Shown here in pieces: positions 1 to 12,610 of a stretch of DNA of 64,000 nt. A program made the translations under genes and the position numbers. Origin of the DNA: Rhodosorus marinus CCMP1338 (taxonomy: Eukaryota; Plantae; Rhodophyta); NCBI GenBank assembly GCA_029953675.1, contig JAMWBK010000002.1, forward strand, positions 2,356,001-2,420,000. The letters are read 5' to 3'. Under the pieces are notes generated by a model, which did not search any database, was not told the DNA's origin, and saw nothing but the letters and a program-made list of their open reading frames with translations. How positions within the stretch are numbered: the first letter of the stretch is position 1; each line of letters opens with the position of its first letter.

Positions 1-1924
1 CGATTTGAAACCGCGCCGACAAAGACTACAGATCACCTTCCCACCAGAGCGTGCTATGAAAGACTCGGTGGCCTCCTTGACCGGGACTACTTCGGGTTGT
101 TTGGCATCTTTCACCGGATTTACTGGCGCCGCGTTCGCAGCGGAGAGCGACGCTGGTGCTGGCACCTCAGTCGCGGCCTGCTGCAATTCCTGCTGCCGTG
201 TATTCCACCTCTGAAGATCCGCGTTGACCTTTCCCAGTTTCGATTTCATGGACACCGCACCTTTGCCCTTCTTAAGCGCAAAGTTAACGGCAGACTTTTT
301 CTCAGGTTCAGCTGTAGCTGTGGAAGCGCTGTCCTTGGGGAGGGAGTTCTCCTCCGGCTGTGCTTCAGTGGTTCCTGCAATACTTGGGTTTCCGTGCGGT
401 GAAGTCTTTTGTACTTCTTCGTTTTTGGGCGTATCTTCTGGTGGTTTCTTCGAATCCCCAGAAGAACCCGCAGCAGAGCCATCAGTTCCCTGCTTTCCTT
501 CATTCTCTTGAGGAGCGCCCAGCCTGGACTCGACTTTGCTGACTGTGCCGCTTGAAGACTCAACAGGTGGCTGAGCGGAGGAGTTCGCAGGTGTATACTC
601 CGTTGGAACGTAGCAGTTGATCCCTACATCGTACCTAAGCAGCAGCAGAAATGCATAATCAAGCGCACGAAATTAGCTATGCGAGATGAGCACTTCCCAT
701 GCATGAAAAAAAAGGCCACCAAAGCTGCCTCTTACCGGAAATACTTTCGCGAGGTCCCATCATAGAAAATGTTCTTCGCAGCGTCAATAACATAGTATCT
801 GGTTTGCGGGTCGTAGTACCAGCCCGACTTTGAGTCATACACGAACGATGCCGGATTTGGTCCCTTTCGATTGGGACGATTGGGCCTATTTCCACGATAT
901 CCACCCGTGGGGTGTTCCCTGCGATGAATGTTCGCACGTGTTGGATCAGAGTCATGAACCACCTCAGTCGCGTCTGAAGTTCTGGCAAGTGAACAGTTAT
1001 GGCAGGTTTCCCGACGAGAGAAATTCGTATACGAGCAGTTGGAACATATCCAATCCCCGCCCGTGGGAGCGCCTAGAAGAAAAGTGCGTTTTAGGACGTC
1101 ATCAGCCTTCCCAAATTTCGGCGTCCTTTCTAGCCCTGCCAAGAGCAACGGACAAGACATACATACCTGAGGTTTCTGAGAATGAGTACTCCAAATTCAA
1201 CCGCCTCCCACCGAAGTCCAATCCGTTGTTCTCGTTTGCGTATTCCATGATACTTCTAGTAGCTTCCAAAGAATCAAATTCCACGAACGCATAGCCTCGC
1301 GCGGCGCGAGTGTTCCTATCCAACGGTATTCTCACATTGACAACTTTCGCATAAGCCGTGAAGAAGGCTTCCACTTGCTCTCGCTCAATTATTGCTCCCG
1401 GAGCGTTGTCGCAAAGGTTCCGCACCATTAAGGTCCGGGAGGGCCGCTCGTTGCGCTTATGTCTGCGCTCATGGTATGGAGGGCTCCTGACTCTTCTTCT
1501 GCCCCCCGGTGAGTCGTAATCCCCTCCAGGGGAAGGCGTCCTAGAATGCCTTGTCCTTCGAGGACTCCAATCATTGTAGGGAGAAAGCGATCGATCGTAA
1601 TCCCTTCCCCTCTCTCGTGGGCTTTGGCTCCTACTGTCCCAGCTTCGGCTCCTGGACCTCTTCCTTGAAAAGCGTCTAAATGTTGGAAGAATCACGGCAA
1701 AACATTAGCCAATCCGAACATCTGCTGATCCTGCAAAGACACTTCCCACACTGGACGAAGAGAATACTCCCGTCCAACGCCCTCCACTGGACACGAGCTG
1801 GAATCCATTTCTCTCACCCCTGGCGTTTCATCATCGATTGCCAGCCACTGTTCTCCTCATTGTCGTGCAAATCATCGTAGTCTTCGTTGAGTCTCCGAGA
1901 GCTCCAATGCCGGTGATCGCTCAT
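1..1924 (-). CDS. RBM5/RBM10-like RNA-binding splicing regulator (RS-rich region, RRM, RanBP2 zinc finger, OCRE, C2H2); multi-exon, 3' part runs off the left edge
   Basis: ORF 1102-1695 has an RS-rich stretch and an RRM (RTLMVRNL...RGYAFVEF). ORF 732-1160 has RanBP2 ZnF DWICSNCSYTNFSRRETCHNC and OCRE-like YYDPQTRYY...FYDGTSRKYF. The exon resuming at 634 after TTAG ends in ICSLCRRGFKS (start of C2H2) at the window edge. The ATG at 1924 is inferred. Confidence 0.75.
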
Positions 1925-2530
1925 TTCCAGAGAACGCGGTCCGAATGCGAGCGCACCCGTTCGGAGATATGTCACAGTTTGCTAAACAAGCTTCCTTTTC
2001 GCTCTGCTTTCATCAAAGGAAATCAATTGCGAAAAGCTGCCATGTCAATTCACGAAACCTCGATGCCCGAAATTTCATTTGAACTGTCCCAATTTCAAGA
2101 AAAGAGAGTCCCGAGAGAAAACACGAACACAAAGCTACCAAAAATACAACGCAAACGGAAAGCAATGCACAACCACACAAAACAGAAGCAACCGGAAACA
2201 AAAGGGAGGCAAAAGCAAAACAACCACCTTTTTTTTTGTTCAACTACTGAAGGCCAGAAACTCCACCAAGAAGACGCTGCATTCACGACCTCCTCGTCCG
2301 AAACCAAATCCTAGGGATAATTTCCCACTCTCCAACCAAAAACCTTCCTTTGAAACCAGACCATACGAAACCTAGCTCGTCCCACTTTTCAACTCCCCAG
2401 CAACCGCAAGTCTCGCACTGCTCCCTACCATTCAAAACCAACACATACCAACTACCACAACCAAGCAAAAACTTCAAATCCTCTCGGACGTCCCAAAATA
2501 TAATTCAGTCATCCCCCTATCCCTTCCTTT

Positions 2531-2560
2531 CCTCCTCCTCCTCCTCCTCCTCCTCCTCCT
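2531..2560. repeat. (CCT)10 microsatellite in the divergent intergenic region
   Basis: Read directly; followed by TTTATAAAT at about 2575-2583. Confidence 0.9.
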
Positions 2561-2641
2561 CCCCAATGACGAGCTTTATAAATAGCACCAGTTGGCGGCG
2601 CACATCACGATGTACGTCACTCAAGACAAAGCAAAGTAACC

Positions 2642-2680
2642 GACAGGCTGTCTATACAGCAAGAGGATGGACAGACTGTC
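2642..2680. promoter_or_regulatory. Pair of palindromic GACA-N3-TGTC sites (2642-2652, 2670-2680); a third at 3246-3256
   Basis: GACAggcTGTC, GACAgacTGTC and GACAgtcTGTC lie between the divergent RBM5-like and ABCF3 starts. A regulatory role is inference. Confidence 0.35.
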
Positions 2681-3420
2681 GATCTGGTCGTTTCGTGTGG
2701 ATTCTTCGAACGACAAAATCTATGGCCGAGCTGATGAGGTACACTGTTTGCGAATGACAGAGCAGTCTGGTTTGTGCTCCCTGGCTAGCTATTTGCGGGT
2801 ATTCCTATATCTCCAGAGTGTGATTCATTCTTTCTGACTGAGGGTCGCTCTGTCTGTCTAAGGCACTCTGTGGTCGGGTTGACGCTCTATCACTGCTGGA
2901 CCTGCGTAGTGCTCACTCTCTCACACTCTATCTCTGAGGGGTTGGCAAATGGTTTATCAGAGCCTAGCTACCGTGGGAAGGATCAAGGTGAAAGCTGACC
3001 ATGTGCGGTCAATCTTTCTCAGCATTCAATCTCCCTTCATGCATTAATGCCAGACGCATTCTTGCTATACGGTCCAAAGAAGGCAAGTCAAGAGGGAAGC
3101 GATGCAAGAAGCGGTGATGATGGCTTATCCAGAGCAGTGCGAGACGAACCGGTTCCGTATAAAAGATCAAAGATCATACACCGACCGACCTCGCGCTGCA
3201 AGTAAAAGAGCGGCGGACACAAAGCCCGCAGGTATTCACGCTTTGGACAGTCTGTCCTGCAAAGTTCTCGGCCATACGGAAAGGTAGATTTGGACGGGTC
3301 TGCTGAAAACGTTGTTAGGGAGACGGTACGAGGGCGATTGGGACGATTGCTTTTTGGCCTGCCTTTACGTTAGTCTGGGGTTGAAAGACTGTTTTCTTGT
3401 GCATAACTGTCGTGTTTAAG

Positions 3421-6175
3421 ATGGGGACCGACGTCGGCAAGAGTCCTGCGGAAGTGCAGACCATGTTAGAGAAACAGCTTGGAAAGGAGAACGTGGTTTC
3501 TGTCGATGATGAAGTACTGGATTATGTGATAAACATTTTGATGAATACGAGCACTGGGAAGGATGAGATCATTGAACTGCTGGCGCCTTTCTTTAATGAG
3601 ATAGATGCTACTCGGAGTCTTGAGGAGAGCACCGCGCTTGCCCGGAGCTTGCGGAAGGAGCTCTTCGGTGAGGAGGAGGAGAACGATGCGGCGTACTTGA
3701 ATCCGAAACGACTTGCAGCACCGACAAGGATGGGTTCAGGGTACTCTGTCGCGAGGAGTCGAAAGGGCCAGTCAGATTCAACGAGAGATTGGAAATCTTC
3801 CCTGGACAGATCCAGAGAAGCCGCGAAGCGAAAGGACGCTGCTATGCTACGAAAAGCTCAGAGGACTGGAGCCGCATTGAAGCGGCCGCTCTATGGTGCG
3901 CAGACTCGGGAGCAAAGAAAATTCGCGAGCTGGCCACTTTGTGCTGAGCCTACTGTTTTTTTTGTTTTGCGAATTCCAGAATCTACGCCATCTGTCGCCG
4001 CGTTGCAGACCAAGATCCAAGTGGGAACGAAAGACGTTCGCGTGGAAGGAATCGATTTATCGTTTGGCGGCATATCCCTGCTCGAGTCGGCGACATTACA
4101 GCTATCTTACGGGAGGAAGTACGGAGTAGTTGGTAGGAACGGTATTGGCAAGAGTACCCTATTGAAGGCCCTGGCCAGAAGAGAGCTTCCCGTTTCCGAC
4201 AGCCTAGATCTGCTGTACGTTGAGCAGGTGTGTGGGCGAGCAATGTTAATGGCGCAATGTCAGGGCACAACCTCCAGCCTAGTTTACGAACGTTGTGCCT
4301 TGTTCTTCCACTGCTTCTTTTCCCTCAGGAAATCGCGGGAGACGAGCGAAGCGCTCTACAAATCGTGCTAGCAAGCGATACTGAAAGGGAGGAACTCCTA
4401 GAAGAAGAAAAGGAGATTCTCGCTGTAGATGAAGGCGGATCATCCGATTTGAAACCTGAAGCAGCAGCGCGGTTGGAGGAAATATACAAGAGACTCGGGG
4501 CGATTGACGTCGAGGGAGCTCAGGCGCGAGCTTCGTCCATTCTGGCCGGTCTTGGCTTCAGTACTGTAAACCAGAGCAAACCTTCGAATGAATTCTCCGG
4601 AGGATGGCGTATGAGGATTGCTCTCGCATGTGCGCTTTTTCGAGAGCCAAACCTGCTCCTGCTCGACGAGCCCACGAATCACCTGGATCTTTACGCAGTC
4701 CTTTGGCTTGCGGACTACTTAAACCAGTGGCCCCACACCTTGGTTGTCGTTTCTCACGATCGGGATTTCCTCAACTCCGTTTGCACTGACGTAATTTACA
4801 TCAAAGTACGTTGACGCTGGAAGTTTGTCTCCTTGCAGAAGAGGCGCAGACCGCTAAAAATGACTGCCATTGACCCACAGGACAAGCAGTTGCAGCCATA
4901 TGCCGGTAACTACGATGATTTCGAAAAGGCGAGAAACGAGAGGGTGAAGGACATGTTGAGAACGGCAGAGGCGCAGGAGATGAAGCGAAAACATGTACAG
5001 AAGTTTGTCGATCGATTCCGATACAATGCAAAACGTGCTGCTATGGCTCAAAGTCGTATCAAGATGCTGACGAGAATGGAGGAAAACAAGGTAAAGAGTT
5101 GCACCTCGGCTGTGCTCGCAGCCGTAAATTTGTAGGATGTTGACTGGAGACTTTCGCCTACGCAACAGATCGTCCTTCCTGGCGAGGAGGAGGACTTCGC
5201 TTTCGACTTTCCCGAGCCAGAGAAGCTCGCAGGCAGCCATGGTGCTATGGTTCTTCAAGGAGTCGAGTTCGGATATAAAACTGCTGATTCTTCGGACAAA
5301 CCTGCGAAAATATTATTCAAGAATTTGGACTTCTCTGTTAATATGGACTCCCGCACGGTGATTGTCGGCCCAAACGGTGAGGAGCGTTGCTTTTCGCAGC
5401 ATCGAAGAGGTCTCCAAGGTCCTCACTTCCTGCGTGATGTTTCTTGTGTTCTGAAAAGGTGCTGGAAAGTCGACGCTGTTGAAGCTTCTCATAGAGGAGA
5501 ACGTTCCCCTGCAAGGAGATTACCGAAAATCTCCAAAAATGAGGATTGGCTACTTTTCTCAGCATCACATAGACCAGTTGGTTCTGTGGAGGACGCCGTT
5601 GGAACATATGAAAGTCGTTTTTCCTTCCTCCACGGCTCCAGAGCTCCGTGGTGAGTAGCACTAAACTCCGCCCAGGGATGGGTTATAGCTGAATCTAAGT
5701 TATCACATCATCAAATGTTCTAGGACACCTATCAAAGCTTGGAGTAAGCAACGAGATGGCCCTCCGACCGATAAGTACGCTGTCCGGTGGCCAGAAAAGT
5801 CGAGTTGCGCTTGCGGTCATTACCTACAGCAAGCCCCATATCTTAATACTTGACGAGCCTACTAATCACCTGGACATTGAAACAATTGATGCTCTGGTAA
5901 CTTCCCTCAACGAGTTCGGAGGCGGTGTGGTACGAAGCGTCTAAATAGTCCCTAGGAACATGCTTCGTCTTCATTTTGCTCATCTATATGCTTGTTCTTC
6001 AAAGGTGCTCGTGACTCACGACGCAAGACTAATTTCGACCGTTTGCGACGAGATATACGTCTGCGAGGACGGACTGGTGAAGGGTTTCCCGGGCGACTTC
6101 AGGGAATATCGGGAACAACTCGGCAAGCGCCTTGTCAAACCCAATTTCAAAGGCAAGGTCGACAAGAACGTCTGA
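3421..6175 (+). CDS. ABCF3: ABC-F family soluble ATPase (ABCF3/GCN20-like), multi-exon
   Basis: Two ABC cassettes: GRNGIGKST / [12 protein letters not shown] / [12 protein letters not shown] and GPNGAGKST / [12 protein letters not shown] / [11 protein letters not shown]. No transmembrane domain. GT-AG introns include 3896-3979 and 4228-4328; stop TGA ends at 6175. Confidence 0.92.
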
Positions 6176-7433
6176 TGTGTCCCGAGCTTCGACGGCCATT
6201 CAGCTTCGGTCACCATGCGGAATTACTAAACTAACTCTGAAGAGAAAAAAAAAAGTGCTATCCTTGCAAGCAGACGCTCAAGTTCAATCGAAGTCAGATC
6301 CTCCCAGAACAAAAATCAAACCAGCAGCCCCCTTCTCTACTAAGTGTCTCTCTCTACAAATTATGCAAGAATCTTCGGATCTCCTGCGCTGTCCAAACAG
6401 TAATGCTCAGTGCCATGTCGCATGCTTGGAATTTGCTTAGGAGGAGCCAGCCCCATTGTCTCTAACCGCCTCTAACCCTAAGCCCATTCCACATGCCTCC
6501 ATCACCCCACATTCGCCAGCCACCAGTCAATACATTTTGCACAACCATTGGTCTATTTCATATCTGAGACACGCGTCAATAAATAATTCACTAAGTCAAA
6601 CAAATTCTGCATATTTTATATCGTAGGGAAATCCAGGAAAACTAAAAAAGTATTAATTTATTGAGGTATTACGATCTAGTCTAATTATATTGGCCAATAT
6701 TTTCCGTATCTGATCAAGGAAGCGGCAACGGACTAATCATAGTAACCGAATATATCGAATAGTTTTTATTTTCATAAACATCCCTTCATTTATTTCCGCC
6801 ATTCGATTAAAACTTGTTTTTTCTATTTCAGAATGGAGAAAAAGATTAGCCCACTAAAGGGGGATAGGGGGGGGGAGTATATATTTTCTTTTTCGCATGC
6901 TTCCACCTCCTTGGGTTGAATCTCTTATTTATAAATATAAAACCAACATCTCGAAAGTAGGTTTTGATTGGGTTTGAAAGAGAGGTAGAACTTAGGGGGG
7001 AGGGAGATATATCTATTTTTCCCATGTCAAAAAAATGTGGAATGCCGAATGTTCCGATCGGTGAAGTCCGTTTTATTTGATTTTTATTTGGTTTTTTGTG
7101 TTTTTTTGTGTTTTTTTTTTGGTTTCGTCTTTGGGCCAAGGGGGAGAGAAAGAGTCTAATGTCTTAATGTGATGGGCCATTCCGCATTCTGGAAAAGGCA
7201 AAAAAACACAGCTTTGGGCATGGAGGAGGCGATCTATATAAATGAGAAGCATAGGTTTTCCCGTACAAATCGGAAAAGCAAGGTTTGGGGGTTAGGGTGA
7301 GGAGAAGGGATCTGTGAAGGAGTGTGGAAAACGTATGTTGAGAGTAGTCATAGGAAATATCAATCTCTCTCGGTGTTGGATCATCTAGCTGTTCAGGTTT
7401 TGTGCGGGGACTGTTAGAAGTTCTTTTTTCAAG

Positions 7434-9283
7434 ATGTCTGCGTTTCTGTCTCCCAGTGGTGTGACGATTCGACATGGCGCCGCTCATGTGGGAGTTTGTA
7501 GTTCTGGATTGAGAGGGCGTCCCCAGGCGGCTGCGTCTGGAAAGCGAAGTCGCGTCTCGATGGTGCTGGCTTCTCCCGAGCAGAAGCTGAGCTCGGCGAT
7601 TGAGGTACGCGAGATGATCGCGTCTTTGGTAATGTTTGACGAGTTCAGGAGGGAGTCAACAGAGCCTGGGTTTTGCTGCTTGCTCGGTAAGTTGTTTCCG
7701 GCGCTACAGGAGTGACCGTCTTTCCAAGTCAAAACGCAAGGCGCATTTACGGACTCGATCCTCAACAACCGGTTGATTCTCGGCCTCTCCTGTTCAGTTG
7801 CGGTCCTTGACGCCATATTGAAGGGCGACCGAGTTAAAGCAGCGGAGCTGTACAGCAGCTTATGGGTGGTGTGCTGCGGCCTTGAAGGCAAAGGCTGGTT
7901 TGAGCAAATAATTCACTTGATATACACCGCAGGAGGTGGGAACCCTTTTACGGATGTTGTACAGTCTGTTGACAAGATTCCAAAGCATGTGATTGACATT
8001 CTCGCTGCGGACCTGAACATTCTCGAGGAACTCGCTCACTTCGACACCAAACAGCTGAAGGAGTGGATTGGCTCGGATCTTCTGCCTGATTTTATCCAAG
8101 TAACAGGGTTTAGAGATGTACTACCGCAAAAAGCAGACCAAGAACTGGACAAACTGAGAAACGGCCGCAATTGGGGAGCTCATACTTTGGAAATCGCGAC
8201 GGCGGTAAAGGGTATGGGTGTTGGACCAACTGGAGAGTACTACGGGCTCTACTGCACTGGAGGAGATCTCTCCGGGGTACGTATACTGAATCTTTCGAAG
8301 CATTGGAAATGCCGAACGCTCACCTCAAGGGTACTGCCTTCGTCACAGGTGGTCTCCAGGACAGAGGCCTTGAGCACTCCTGCTGCGAGGTTCGTTGGAG
8401 TTGAAGAAATCGCTCAGAAAGTAAGTTTGAAAATTATTATCCACGCCTGTAGCTCATCGAAGCTTGTCCTGTTAAACTCACTCAACTATTTCGTGCTACC
8501 TAACAGCTGTACCAAAACACAGAATCTTTGCTGAGCGGCTTCAAGGCGCAGAACGCATTACTCTATGGGCCTCCGGGTTGTGGAAAGAGCTCGCTGATAC
8601 GATCCCTCATTCTTAAGTATGGAGAAAATGGCCTGCGTATCGTTGAGGTCCCGAAGCATGAGCTTGGTCAGCTCCCCAATCTCGTGTTTACTCTCTCAAA
8701 GCTGCCGCAGAAGTTTGTCATATTCGTTGATGACCTGTCGTATACCGAGTTCGAAGCAGAACAAATGAGAGAAGGAAAGGCTGGACTTGAGGGCTCTCTT
8801 CGTGGATCATGCGACAATGTTGTGATCTACGTTACCTCAAACCGTCGACACCCTGCAGTCTCCAGCATTATGGACGAGACGGAGGAGAAGAAGGCTTTCT
8901 CGCAGAGATTTGGCCTGACGCTTCAGTTCCCTTCAGCAGATCGCTATCAGTATCGGGCCATTGTTGAGCAACTTGCTAAGGACGAGGGAATCGAGCTGGA
9001 CTCAGCAGAATTGAACAGGAGATCACTTCTGTGGGCTTTTGGACACACCAATCAGAAGGATGCGAATGGGCTCTCAGGAAGGACAGCAAGACAGTTCATT
9101 GACTTCCTGGTCGCGGACGAAGCCCTTCGTGGTCTTGGGCAGGACCAAGGTGTTATTGATTGGGGGGAAACACCTGGAACACCTTGGTATGCGTGCATTG
9201 AAGAGGACGGAATTTTCAAGGATGGTGTCTACCAAAAGGAGAGAGAGTTGAAAAAGGCGCATGAGAATGGCAGTGCTCATTGA
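7434..9283 (+). CDS. DUF815-family AAA+ ATPase with a predicted plastid transit peptide, 3 exons
   Basis: LYQNTESLL...NALLYGPPGCGKSS (Walker A), FVIFVDDLSY (Walker B), LEG...VVIYVTSNRRH and GRTARQF match DUF815 as I recall it. The N-terminus MSAFLSPS... is Ser/Arg-rich with an early Phe. Introns are about 7687-7797 and from 8421 (GTAAGT) to CTAACAG at about 8507. Confidence 0.8.
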
Positions 9284-9459
9284 TGTATAAGTTCACTTGC
9301 GTGTATGCTCGCATGCAGATCCAGTTTTGATCATGCAAGGTTCCTACTTCCAGGCGATTGTGGATGTCCATGAGTTCCTGGAAAGTTTTAGTTTGTTTTA
9401 GATTGTACAGGGTTGTAGACGACTAGAGGCCGCGTACTTGACTAGGACGGGGGACTGTC

Positions 9460-11011
9460 CTAGTCAAGTCCGTCATCTATAAAGAGGCTCTCCGTACGGG
9501 TCGATCGACTACGCGGCTGGACCGATTTGGGATTATTTTCGATTTCTTCATGCTCAGTAGCAGTTGGGATGTAACTGCTGACCGAGGCAATCAAATTCTT
9601 CTTGAATTTCCGTACGTCTGCTCGGCCGTCTTTGGCCGTAACAGAGTTGTCGCTAGACGTCACAAGCATCGCCGCCGTCCTGGAAAGGGGTTGCGCATTT
9701 GCATAGTATAGCTCGCTCAGTTTTCTTCGCCTCCTCTTGAAGCCCACCGCAGAGCCCTGCTCCAGGTCTGGACCTTCAATTGCTTTTGTGCACTCATCAC
9801 ATCCTAAATCGGAACGACCATACTTAGCGGTTGAGATGGACAGCTTCAACCGTTTCAATTGTTATGCTCCGCAGCTCACCTTCAGCATTTCCTAAGTCAG
9901 TCTGGTTGTCGTCAGTTTCTGCGTCGCTATCGTTCTTGGGGATTGATCCTTCGCCTTTAAAGGAAGTGGACGCAGAATCGTCACGTACAGATATCAGTCT
10001 TGAGCTGTCATTCATCAGAATACAGTCCTCTATAACTCTCCATTTGACCGGGACTAGCTTCTCTGGGTAGTCTTCAGCCTGGGCTACTTGGATTGCATCC
10101 CCGTCAGCACCTGGTGTAGCATCCACAGACTCAAACACAACCCGGCCACCAACCCCCTCCAAAATTTCATGAGGCTTTTCCAATTTGAAGTTGGATTCCT
10201 CAGGCCAAACGAAAACGAAACCAGCAAAAAGCTTTTCTCGCAGCGAATCCGTTCTAATAGGATTCACGTAGATGTCCGATAACGTCTCACCGTTCAAAGG
10301 CATATAGTTCGACTCTCGCGGAATCTCCATCCCAGAATTCCCTCCCTTGTTGACCATAGAGCTCAGCGCAAACGCCCACCCTGGAGTGACGATGCTGACA
10401 TTGCCCGTCAGAGCTCTCAGGATATTCATGCTCCGCTCTATCTTTTCCACAAGAACGTGAGTGGCGGAGTGGCGAATCTTGTTCGTAACCTTAAAACCAC
10501 ACACCTTGGACTCTTCCAAGATGCGTTCTCGCATTTCTGAGTCAGATATCTCTCCAATAAAAATACTTAGCCTCGCCCTCTTCAGAACAAACCAATCTAC
10601 AGGGGCCCCGAAGGACAAACGCGTCTCCTCGCTCAGCTTCTTCTCTACGTCCTTGAATAGCCTCTCATTAGGCTTTCCCTCATCTGTACCTTTTATGTAC
10701 GTTCCATAGGCGGAAAGGTCGGTGACATAGACTGTAAAAAACCAGGAGGACATCATTTCGTCAGTGACAGCTCGAACTTGATAGAGTTTCCTGGTTGCTT
10801 CCTCACCTTCAGCCTCCCACGGGTCCAAATCACCGCGATACTCATTCTTTATAGCGATTTGACAATGCTCTCTAGAAACGCACTTAGACTTGAGTTGAAT
10901 GTCTGCATTCTTTCTTCCCACTTTCCTCGCCTTCCCCGTCACGCCTCCCAGCCAATACCTAACGCTCTCATCTACAGTCCCATCCTTCGAGACCGGTGAG
11001 AGATACCACAT
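9460..11011 (-). CDS. NBS1: Nibrin/NBS1 (FHA, BRCT, Mre11-binding motif), 2 exons (11011-9880, 9803-9460; 491 aa)
   Basis: FHA VGRK...VSREH, BRCT ATHVLV...IVTPGW and REKLFAGFVF. The intron 9804-9879 (GTGAG...TTTAG) restores the frame to DVRKFKKN (NFKxFxK-like) and a terminal SLFIDD acidic/aromatic motif. Confidence 0.85.
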
Positions 11012-12211
11012 GGCAGATTACTCTTGAAAAAATTCAGACACCGCCCTCCACACCGATCGCACTCCGCAAATCCATCAGGCGCATATTGAATCCATCCACA
11101 TCCAGTCCACCAAAAAAAAACCCACCACCAAACAACAACTCAGGTTAGCAATGCTCTGTATCTACCCAGCCTCCTCTGCTTTAATCCACCATCCTCAATC
11201 CAAAACAACTGGATGAGCCTATCTCTGCCTCGGCTTTTCCATCGCCTCCACATCCACGTCCACTCAAACACAATTTCACAACCTAAATAGCACTCAAACC
11301 GAAAAGTGTGCTCCCCTCTTTCTCCGCCCTAAGTCATCCCTTCCATTGCTATGCATCTCCTCTTCCCCCCCTTTGACAAAGTGCCAATTTTTTTTCACCA
11401 ATGGATTACACAAACCTCAACCCATACGCTCCGTTTGCCAATTCGACCAAAATATCCTACAGCAAACGTCTATTGGACAAAACATAACGTGATTTATAGA
11501 AAACCTAATTATTATTATAAGATCTAAATATTCTTCCCATACAACTCACTAATATTTATAATAAACCCAAAAAAGCTACTCATATTAAGATAAAAAATTA
11601 TTTTCCAACAAAATGATTCGTCCATTTGTATACAAAATCCAATCTGATTTGACCCAATGCACTCTGAATTGCAGGACAAGCTTACTGATTAGATATTCTC
11701 CGTTCGACCACCCTCCCCCCCCCCCTCAACCGAAAAACCTAAATGGTACAAAAATTTCAGTCTATATCTCAGTCAATATTAAAATTGACTGAAAAATATC
11801 TTTTGGTATTTAAGCAGGGGAAAATTGTAGGCACGTCCAGAGGTGCAAGGCTCCATACAATTTTCAATTTTTAATTTTTTTTCTTGCTTTTCTCCGGTTG
11901 TTCCTTACTACCCACCCCCTCGAATAAGTCTGTTTCCGTTTTGGGAGTTTGATGGCGTGAGAGCAGGTACCTAAATAAATACAGATGCATCTATATTAAC
12001 GATAAAAAGTCTTTATTTAAAGGCTGGTCGTACCCCCCTTTCCTTGACGAAATCTGTCATAAAAGTTCCAAATAATGTTATATATGAGATTCTAGACCCT
12101 ACTTTAGGCAGCAAATTTATTTTAGACGACTGTTCTAGATTTGTTGTATTGGCGAAATATTTTTAAATATCTATATCTGTTGATCCGGTATTTCGTTTAT
12201 TTTCAGAATGA

Positions 12212-12222
12212 GACAGCTTGTC
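12212..12222. promoter_or_regulatory. Palindromic GACA-N3-TGTC site upstream of RPT3
   Basis: gaGACAgctTGTCtc, with arms extending to 6 bp, about 390 nt upstream of the RPT3 ATG. Function is inferred only. Confidence 0.3.
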
Positions 12223-12610
12223 TCTTGGCGTTTGACGGAAGAAGCCCTGTCCTCATGGCTTTTAGATCTCTTTGTCTATCGAGTTGGTTGAGTAGGTCTT
12301 GGGGTGGGTAAGGGGGTGTGTGGAAGTTGGAAAGGCTATAGTACTTGTTTCGAACGAAGGTACTGAGAAGCTTATAGAGGAGATTTTTTTATTTTCTGGG
12401 TTTGCAAGTCTATGGTACGTAGTAAATACTTTTGTACGCCTTGGTCAACTCGAAGTGAGGTTTGGATCGGGTGTGTGTATGGGCGTTTTAAGAATTCCCT
12501 CCTGTTTGGGGTTTCTTTTGAGAATCTTTTTCTTTTGTTCAGAAGGATTTATTGGCGTGTGTGACTCTCTAAGTTTCACGTGTTTTTTTGTTCTTTGCTT
12601 CTTGGAATAG

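Noticed and set aside
6455-6482. CTAACC/CCCTAA telomere-like hexamers
   Set aside because: Only one perfect CCCTAA plus degenerate copies inside a C/A-skewed tract; not an array.
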